Origin: Escherichia coli
GTDB taxonomy: Bacteria > Pseudomonadota > Gammaproteobacteria > Enterobacterales > Enterobacteriaceae
Strand: one strand, 5' to 3'
Assembly (NCBI RefSeq): GCF_050320075.1
Contig: NZ_CP190022.1
Length of the DNA stretch: 64,000 bases
Part shown: positions 57,245 through 64,000 of the stretch, in pieces
How the letters are laid out: every line of letters starts with the position of its first letter
Position numbering within the stretch: position 1 is the stretch's first letter
Made by a program: the position numbers and the translations under genes
Notes under the pieces: generated by a model
The model's database searches: none
Told to the model about the DNA's origin: nothing
Seen by the model: the letters and a program-made list of their open reading frames with translations, nothing else

Positions 57245-57790
57245 TTAACGCACGTGAGGCGTAATGAGAACGACGCGTTTTTCGCTAGCTCCACCTCCGG
57301 CGAATCCATTCATGACAAGGGACTGTTCCGGTCTGAGAGAAATGCTCTGCTCAACAGTCTGGTTTCGTTTCTGGTCTGTGGTCGAGAGTCGCAGAGTGAT
57401 ATTGCCCCCCTTAATATCCGGCGATATCTGCATTCTGACATCGGGGGATACATCAGCAGTAAAGGCATCCGGACCTACGGATGTTACCTGTGATTCAACA
57501 CAGGACGTATTCTGCATCATCCCGTGGAGCGTTTCAGGTGTCAGCGTCAGGCTGTCATTAAAAAAAGCACTGTGTGAAATGACCCCCTGAGCATCGGCAA
57601 ACAGGTCCGGATGGCGCTCATTAAGAAGGCTTCCGTATTTTTCCGCCAGGCAGATTGGGTTGCTGGCCGTTGTGTCTGTTCGCACGGTATCGACCGTGAA
57701 TGTCACCTGCGGGTGATGTTCCCTGTGGCCTGTGCAGCCGGACAGCAGTGCGGCGGCTATCGTCATCCAGAGTAGTGGTTGTTTTTTCAT
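57245..57790 (-). CDS. Lipoprotein of unknown function (181 aa)
   Basis: Lipobox MKKQPLLWMTIAAALLSGC. Confidence 0.5.
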   Translation of the reverse strand: MKKQPLLWMTIAAALLSGCTGHREHHPQVTFTVDTVRTDTTASNPICLAEKYGSLLNERHPDLFADAQGVISHSAFFNDSLTLTPETLHGMMQNTSCVESQVTSVGPDAFTADVSPDVRMQISPDIKGGNITLRLSTTDQKRNQTVEQSISLRPEQSLVMNGFAGGGASEKRVVLITPHVR

Positions 57791-57908
57791 GCTGTTAATT
57801 TCCTCTCAGGGTAAAAAGAAAGACTCGCACCGTCATGTCAATGGTAAGCGTACAGCCTGAACCGTCTGGTCAGAATCTGACGAATTAGACATAGGGGCAA
57901 ATCCATGT

Positions 57909-58190
57909 TTATTTTGCATCCATCATCTCGCCCATCAGCAGTCGGATACGCTGCCAGGTGTCATGATCCAGTACAGGTGATGGTATTACCATGCAAGCAC
58001 TGTGCCCGGTAGCGGCGGCAGAAAGCATGGCTTTAACTTCGTAGGCATTGCCAGTAAGGATAACCCTCCCCGTCAACCCCAACACTGAGTTGGCGTGAAT
58101 TGGTGGTGTGAATTCGATTTCGTTAATGTCCCGGCCAGTTAGGATGCGATTATTATCCGCATTGGCAGCACGGGAGGATACGTGTTTCAT
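57909..58190 (-). CDS. Hypothetical small protein (93 aa from ATG 58190)
   Basis: GAGG RBS 8 nt upstream of ATG 58190; no family recognised. Confidence 0.4.
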   Translation of the reverse strand: MKHVSSRAANADNNRILTGRDINEIEFTPPIHANSVLGLTGRVILTGNAYEVKAMLSAAATGHSACMVIPSPVLDHDTWQRIRLLMGEMMDAK

Positions 58191-58230
58191 AAAGAACCTC
58201 ATTGCGTTAATTTTGAACAAAATTGTTTGC

Positions 58231-59400
58231 TCAGCAAGGGGATGTGAGAATAGTGGTTGATTTTGTCATAAGCTGGTCGTTTGTTAACGGACAAATCATT
58301 ACCCGTTCATCAATGTTTGTAGGAAGTTCGCCAGGAGTTGGGACACGCTCTCCTCGCTGGGCGGCTTGTGCCAGTGTTCGTAGCAGCAACACGCTGGCAT
58401 GAAATATGGCCTGTTCTTTTGTGGCTGCGCTTGTTTCCAGGTCGAAATCACTCAGAGTCACAACGACTTGCCCGTTTCTGTTCTCGACCGTTGCCGGGTA
58501 GGGAACAAAATAGGGAGCGATTTTGCTGGTTTGCTTGCGTCGGGCATCGAGTTTACTGACAAGTTGATAAGCCCGAAGGTGTGTGTATCGTTTCAACATG
58601 TTCAGGGAGCGATGGCCTGAAATAGCGGCAACTTCAATGACGTTCAATGTACCAAGTTCGAAAAATCGGCTGATAGCCTCATGACGGAGGTCATGAAAAT
58701 GCAAGTTTTCTATATTCAGTTCCTGAAGTGCTGTTCGCCAGGCACTTTTGAATCCCGAAGATGTATAAGAAAAAATATTACCGTTAAGCTGTATTGGCAG
58801 CATTTGCAGGTAACTACGGGCTTTCCTGGATAGCGGAACATCGCGTGGAGCACCATTTTTGGTTGTTGGAAGATGAGCTACCCCATGTTGCAGATCGACG
58901 TGTTCCCAACGCAATGACAAGATTTCACCTTGTCGCATTGCTGTTTCCAGCGCCAGATGAAAAATGACGTAAAGAGCCTGATTTTTTTCTTTGAAATACC
59001 GCGAAAGTCGGCGTTCTTCTCCTGAAGTCAGGCGACGATCGCGCCCGCTACTGATTTTGGGTTTTCTGACCAGTTCGACAGGATTCATACGGCATGTTCC
59101 CCATTCCACACGGGCGATATTGAATAATGATGATAAAAGGGCAAGTTCAAGACGGACGGTATTTCCGGTGATTTGACGCCCTGTTCGTGGGTTAATTTGA
59201 GCTAAACGCTGATCCCGGTAACCGGCGATATCAATGGTAGTGATTTCATCCATATAGCGCTCGGCCATAGGGTGACGTTTAATCACATTGACGCGATAAA
59301 ACTCCTGCAGATGACCTTTTTTATGGACGGAAACGGTTTTCAGGTATTTGTCCAGCGCCCGGTTGAGAGTCATTTTGCGAATTTTGATTTTTCGAAACAT
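58231..59400 (-). CDS. rci: Shufflon-specific tyrosine recombinase Rci
   Basis: From ATG 59400: [34 protein letters not shown]... with integrase-family catalytic residues (R...HDLRH...Y); directly beside the shufflon repeats; track ORF has a 59-codon upstream extension. Confidence 0.9.
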   Translation of the reverse strand: MFRKIKIRKMTLNRALDKYLKTVSVHKKGHLQEFYRVNVIKRHPMAERYMDEITTIDIAGYRDQRLAQINPRTGRQITGNTVRLELALLSSLFNIARVEWGTCRMNPVELVRKPKISSGRDRRLTSGEERRLSRYFKEKNQALYVIFHLALETAMRQGEILSLRWEHVDLQHGVAHLPTTKNGAPRDVPLSRKARSYLQMLPIQLNGNIFSYTSSGFKSAWRTALQELNIENLHFHDLRHEAISRFFELGTLNVIEVAAISGHRSLNMLKRYTHLRAYQLVSKLDARRKQTSKIAPYFVPYPATVENRNGQVVVTLSDFDLETSAATKEQAIFHASVLLLRTLAQAAQRGERVPTPGELPTNIDERVMICPLTNDQLMTKSTTILTSPC

Positions 59401-59462
59401 ATCTGCCTTCCACGATAAAAACGGGGAAGGTAGGAATAGTGAAACGGAAATGCAATATCGCC

Positions 59463-61836
59463 GTGCCAATCCGGTATCTGGACAACGACAAAAATGAACT
59501 TCACTACCAGTACATACAATATCGGGAAAAATACCGTAATCTGAGCATTGGCGTACATGCGTACTGCTCGTGGACATACCTTAATGGCTCGCCTTTTGGT
59601 GGTTTTCAGCAGATATACGCCGACCAAAACAAGGTTTGGTATGTGAATAATTATGCGTGGGGAAATTATGAGTCCGGTGGCACAATTACAGTGACATGCC
59701 TCAACCTTCCTGGTGCCGGAATCTAACCAAAAGGGCAACAGTAAGCATCGACGTGCTCTTCATCAACACCATCTCCGATGCCGTACATTCTTGTACCTGT
59801 CATGACGTACCCGGCAGGGCACTGAATCGGCTTGTAATAAATAGAACCTCCACTTCTGCCACCGATAAAATGTGCGGAGGTCGCTTCATACCATTTACAG
59901 GCAGAATAGTTCACTTTATTGCCTCCAAGCCACAAACCGGATTGGCACTGGCCTCCGTGCCAATCCGGTTCGTGGACAAGTAGCCAAAAGAAAGAACGTT
60001 TCACGGTATACGGAATAAGTGGATGTGGGCATACACCGTCCTATGCGGTATGTCCTGATGGCAGTGATTTAGTTTCTGGTGGGTATCAGTTAACGGCTTG
60101 GTCCCAGGATAACCGGAACCCGTTTAACTCACCAGACTCAAGTTACCCAGACTGGAATAATAAACGTTGGGTTGTCGGAGGTACCGGAACTATCACGAGC
60201 TGTTTCCGCTCAGTAGCTGTATGTGCCAGATAATGTGCGACAGAGCTTTCAACGGAAACAGTGAACAGTGATGTAATAGCTGCTATACAATGTGCCATTG
60301 TACGCACTCCAATTCATCTCGCCGTTTACATCTGGATTATCTGTCGGCCAGACTCTTGTCATTGCAGTTTCCTTTCCGTCTATACGATATGTATTAACGC
60401 AAAGTTTGAATTTTCCCAGAGCCTTCGTTGTGGTTGGGTACAAGGTGAAGGATGTTACTGATGTCCACGGCGCAGCAGAACCGATTGATTTCCACGAACC
60501 GGATTGGCACTGGCCTCCGTGCCAATCCGGTTCGTGGAAAAATGCAGGAAAAGGCGATATTGAAATCGTCAAAGTAACAGCATCAAAACTCCGCTGGCCT
60601 GGTGCTACTGCCACCTGCCCAATGGGTAAGAAGGTGATCGGGGGTGGTGCAGAATGCAGCTCTGGAATTGGCTTTATCTGGCTTGTCCGTTCAATACCTG
60701 TAAACAATAATGCCTGGTATGGCTATTGCGATACGACAGAACACATCATTGGAAAAATAACTGTACATGCCATTTGCCAATGACAAAGTGATTTACTGGC
60801 AAACCACAATGTAACTACATTTCCCCGTCAGGTCGTTCCTGTTTGTACCGCCGTGAAAATTGTATTCATCGTAGTAACCACACTTCACAATCCTGTTCGA
60901 ATCATATGTCGCAACAGAACCTGCGAAGTAATTTGGCTTCCAGCCATGCGGGTTTTCAGCATTGCTGACGCTCCAGGTACACTGGCTGGCAGAAAAACCA
61001 GACGGCAAAGGTAGTCGTTCTCCATTTGCGATTTTTCCTGTCAGAACAGTGCTACCTGATACCCTAATCCACGAACCGGATTGGCACTGGCCTCCGTGCC
61101 AATCCGGTGTGTGGGTTGGCTTTGAATCGGACCCTGTGGGAAGCCCTATCCCGTGGCCATCTGCCACTCCTCCACAAGGCTATCTGTTGATGAACGGCCA
61201 GTCGTTTTCCTGTTCCCGGTATCCTCAGCTTGCCCGTGCTTATCCTGGCTGTAAATTGCCCGATCTGCGCGGTGTTTTTATCCGTGGCTGGGATAACGGG
61301 AAGGGACTTGCATGGTGATCCACAGACAACTCCTGGTTATCAGGCCGATCAATCAGGCGTCTATCACGAACGTGGCGGATGGCTGAAAGGGCATCATAGT
61401 TATGCCATACTGGGCACAGGGGAGTACCACATGTGAAATGCGTCCCAAAAATATTGCATTCAACTACATTGTTAAAGCCAGCTAGGGACTCACATCTGAT
61501 AGGCATACACAGATAACACCGTTACCACAGGCGTAAATTTTGTGTTGGTCTGGAGATGATTTGATATGACGCTCCCACTGGCACGGCAAATGAAATAAAT
61601 GCTGTCTTTCCGTAGGAGGGGTTATTGCTGGCATTCATACCAATGAAAGCGCCGTTCACATAGCCCTGAAGATTTGATGTGTTGGCGCAATCACCGCCAC
61701 CGGCACCATTTCCACCGGAAGCGTACACAAACAAAGCCTGCCGTTATTTCTCCCGTTAAATGTTCCCCGGTGAGAACCCAGATTGCTGTAACTTCCGTCA
61801 GGTGCACCAATCGTTCGCCACACACCGGATTGGCAC
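59463..61836. other. Shufflon: four invertible segments bounded by 19-bp sfx repeats, carrying alternative pilV C-terminal exons on both strands
   Basis: Repeat GTGCCAATCCGGT(a/t)(t/c)(c/g)TGG at 59463-59481, 59957-59975, 60519-60537, 61096-61114 and inverse copies at 59931-59948, 60493-60510, 61070-61087, 61821-61836; inner pairs separated by TGGCCTCC; eight short ORFs start at repeats and converge within segments. Confidence 0.85.
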
Positions 61837-62819
61837 GAAAGTATTGCCCCTTTACTGTCGCGGCCTACAAGTCCGTCCGGTGAGCAGGAAGTACCTGCGG
61901 TGGCTGTTTTTTCCAGCTGTAAATACTCACCTGTGGAAAGACGACCGTCAGACCGGACAGTTCCACCACTGACTTTTCCTCCTTTGAGCTCTCCTTCGGT
62001 TGTGATCCCTTTGTTGTTAACAGCACGTATCCATTCGCTGTCCGTCATGGTGAAACCGCCTCCGTGCGTCGTGTTCATCCACCCCTTGTTGTTTCTGGTG
62101 ATAAACCAGCCGTCTTCGCTGGTTATATCGCCTTTCACCGTGGCTTTCTGACCATTGAGGTTACCGGCGTTATTGATGTCATTTCCGCCCATGTTGATAG
62201 CTGTGTGCATCTGGTTCAGCTCTGGTCTCTCCGGGACCTGGAAACGATACAACCTGTCGCTTTCCTGCAGATCATCACCCGTCATGACGACGGCAATGTG
62301 ACCTGCCGAACAGGTGAGTCCGTAATCCCCCGGTTTGTCTGTCCAGGCGCCGAATGCGCCGGTTGCTGTTCCGTTTTTACCAATATAACCACCCAGCCCG
62401 GGAAGCTGTCCTGCCACACTGCGCAGACCATCTTCTTTGATATTCTGCCCCCCTGTTGAGCAGGTCAGGGCTTCAAGACGTCCTGTAGTCTGGTTACGGC
62501 GGATACCCGTGATATAACTCTGCCCAAACGGAGAATGATTAAATCCCTGTTTCAGGTATCCCTTGCGAATCAAATCATCGGCTGTAAAGTTTGCCGGAAG
62601 GCTGCCGTTGTGCAGAGTGGCATTGTTATCGGCAATGTAATTTCTGGCTGCGGTATTGTAGGCATCTGCATGAGAAGCAGCACTCTGGTAAAGCTGTTCA
62701 TTCAGCCAGTTTTCTATTTCGGAATAAATCAGCGGCGTGGCGATACCAATCACTATCAGTCCCGCCAGTATTTCAAGCAGAATAAAACCTTTGTCGTCAT
62801 CGTGTCTGAACTTTTTCAC
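61656..62819 (-). CDS. pilV: Thin-pilus minor pilin/adhesin PilV (constant N-terminal region fused to the currently adjacent shufflon exon)
   Basis: Type IV prepilin-like N-terminus (MKKFRHDDDKGFILLEILAGLIVIGIA); ORF crosses the outermost sfx repeat (61821-61836) into the shufflon. Confidence 0.85.
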   Translation of the reverse strand: MKKFRHDDDKGFILLEILAGLIVIGIATPLIYSEIENWLNEQLYQSAASHADAYNTAARNYIADNNATLHNGSLPANFTADDLIRKGYLKQGFNHSPFGQSYITGIRRNQTTGRLEALTCSTGGQNIKEDGLRSVAGQLPGLGGYIGKNGTATGAFGAWTDKPGDYGLTCSAGHIAVVMTGDDLQESDRLYRFQVPERPELNQMHTAINMGGNDINNAGNLNGQKATVKGDITSEDGWFITRNNKGWMNTTHGGGFTMTDSEWIRAVNNKGITTEGELKGGKVSGGTVRSDGRLSTGEYLQLEKTATAGTSCSPDGLVGRDSKGAILSCQSGVWRTIGAPDGSYSNLGSHRGTFNGRNNGRLCLCTLPVEMVPVAVIAPTHQIFRAM

Positions 62820-63523
62820 GTGAATATCTCCGAAGTGCGGAAAACGGAATCAGGGAGGAGGGTTAGTGCATACAGTGATGCGCAGAGAAACGGGGCGAAC
62901 GGCAGTGCCTGCTGATGTCTGTGACGGCAGAAGAGGAGGATAAACAGAAATGCCCCGGAAGCTGCGGCGGTGATTAGCAGCGGCGTGTGTTGTGGCTGTG
63001 TCCACATTGCAATTCCTGCTATCAGGAATACATCACCAAGGCCGAGTGCTTCTGTTCCTTTTGCCGTTATGAAAAACTGCCGTAGCAGGTATGTCATGCC
63101 GAACCAGAGTGATGCGTTGAGGAGGCTGTATGTGAGCTCCTCCAGGCTGTACCTGAACGCTGCCCCCAGAACAATCAGTGAAAGCGTGAATATCCGGGGA
63201 AGCCGACAGACGGCGATGTCCGTCAGCGTCATTACAGTTAATAATCCCGTCAGAATGGAAAGGAATAACAGCCCCGTGGCTTCAACACCATATGCGCCGT
63301 TGAGGCTGACACTCACTATGGCCAGAAGGCAACACACGTACACCACCGGCCTGGGCGGCCGGGTGTCGTGTACTGCTGACAGGTAGAGAGCGGCGGTGAT
63401 GTATGCAAGATAAAGAATAACCGCCAGGATGATGATTATTATTGTCATGCTCAGTAATGCGCTCACCGTCACCTCGTATTTATTAATATTGTCTGAAATA
63501 CCGGTTGTGGATTTTTCGGGCAT
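62816..63523 (-). CDS. pilU: Prepilin peptidase PilU (A24 family)
   Basis: Polytopic membrane protein with prepilin-peptidase-like organisation; immediately upstream of pilV. Confidence 0.7.
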   Translation of the reverse strand: MPEKSTTGISDNINKYEVTVSALLSMTIIIIILAVILYLAYITAALYLSAVHDTRPPRPVVYVCCLLAIVSVSLNGAYGVEATGLLFLSILTGLLTVMTLTDIAVCRLPRIFTLSLIVLGAAFRYSLEELTYSLLNASLWFGMTYLLRQFFITAKGTEALGLGDVFLIAGIAMWTQPQHTPLLITAAASGAFLFILLFCRHRHQQALPFAPFLCASLYALTLLPDSVFRTSEIFT

Positions 63524-63959
63524 ATATCATGCGCCGGGCTGTGTTATTTTTGCTGAAACCGGCGTTATAGCTGCCCAGGCATTCCCAGTTAACGCCGCAG
63601 CGTTGAAAATGGCGGGCCAGTATCCAGGCACCGGTATGAATATTCAGGCAGGGCTTTTTAAGCAGTTCATCCTTGTTTTTAATGACGCCCAGTTTTTTCA
63701 GTTCAGGAATATGCACTGAATTAATCTGCATTATTCCGTAATCCGTACTGATGATTTTTCCGGATTTGTTTTTATTGTGATTTATCGCAGTGGCGACCAG
63801 GCCGCTTTCCTGCTGTGCAATGGTTTTCAGAAGCTCAGGGGCAATCAGGTAACGTTTTCCGGCCTGAATAAAACAGGAATCGAGATGATTATTATTCATC
63901 ACAGATGCGATTGATGTGTTACTGAATAAAAGCAGGACAGAGAGATATAACCATTTCAT
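63483..63959 (-). CDS. pilT: Lytic transglycosylase PilT (Slt-domain)
   Basis: Signal peptide plus transglycosylase motif region (ESGLVATAINHNKN...DYGIMQINS...AGAWIL...YNAG). Confidence 0.75.
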   Translation of the reverse strand: MKWLYLSVLLLFSNTSIASVMNNNHLDSCFIQAGKRYLIAPELLKTIAQQESGLVATAINHNKNKSGKIISTDYGIMQINSVHIPELKKLGVIKNKDELLKKPCLNIHTGAWILARHFQRCGVNWECLGSYNAGFSKNNTARRMIYARKIHNRYFRQY

Positions 63960-64000
63960 TATGATAATCCCGGCAGTGACAGCATCCTCTGGTATTTAAG

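Noticed and set aside
59463-61836. Regularly recurring short repeat that could be taken for a CRISPR array
   Set aside because: Repeats occur as inverted pairs, spacers are about 450-700 bp and contain convergent pilV exons, and a tyrosine recombinase (rci) is adjacent; this is a shufflon, not CRISPR.

Overview
This 64 kb window reads as one contiguous piece of a large self-transmissible enterobacterial plasmid with an IncI-type (Dot/Icm-like) transfer system. All calls rest on reading the supplied ORF translations and the DNA by eye; no database search or computation was run, and family names come from memory of motifs and gene order. Left to right: the 3' part of an IncFII-family repA with a downstream origin (DnaA box); an AT-rich cargo island (two unknown genes, a hexapeptide acetyltransferase) bounded by a Tn3-derived miniature element and an IS3-family transposase remnant; parMR partition genes; a + strand leading region with three copies of a ~0.5 kb Frpo-like ssDNA-promoter repeat, ssb, a ParB-like nuclease-domain protein, psiB-psiA, ardA, several unknown ORFs and an Rpn-family nuclease followed by a detached Rpn-tail paralog; oriT with nikA-nikB (MOBP relaxase); convergent trbABC; a second accessory island (an untracked 31-aa TisB/DinQ-like peptide ORF, nuc, three unknown genes including a phosphoethanolamine-transferase-like protein, hok-family pndCA); then excA, traY down to traH including the sog primase; and the thin-pilus end with rci, a four-segment shufflon, pilV, pilU and pilT. 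No rRNA, tRNA or CRISPR array was seen. The best places for something undescribed are the unknown ORFs sitting directly behind the ssDNA promoters, the Rpn / Rpn-tail pair, the small toxin-like ORF with its flanking direct repeats, and the two AT-rich cargo islands.
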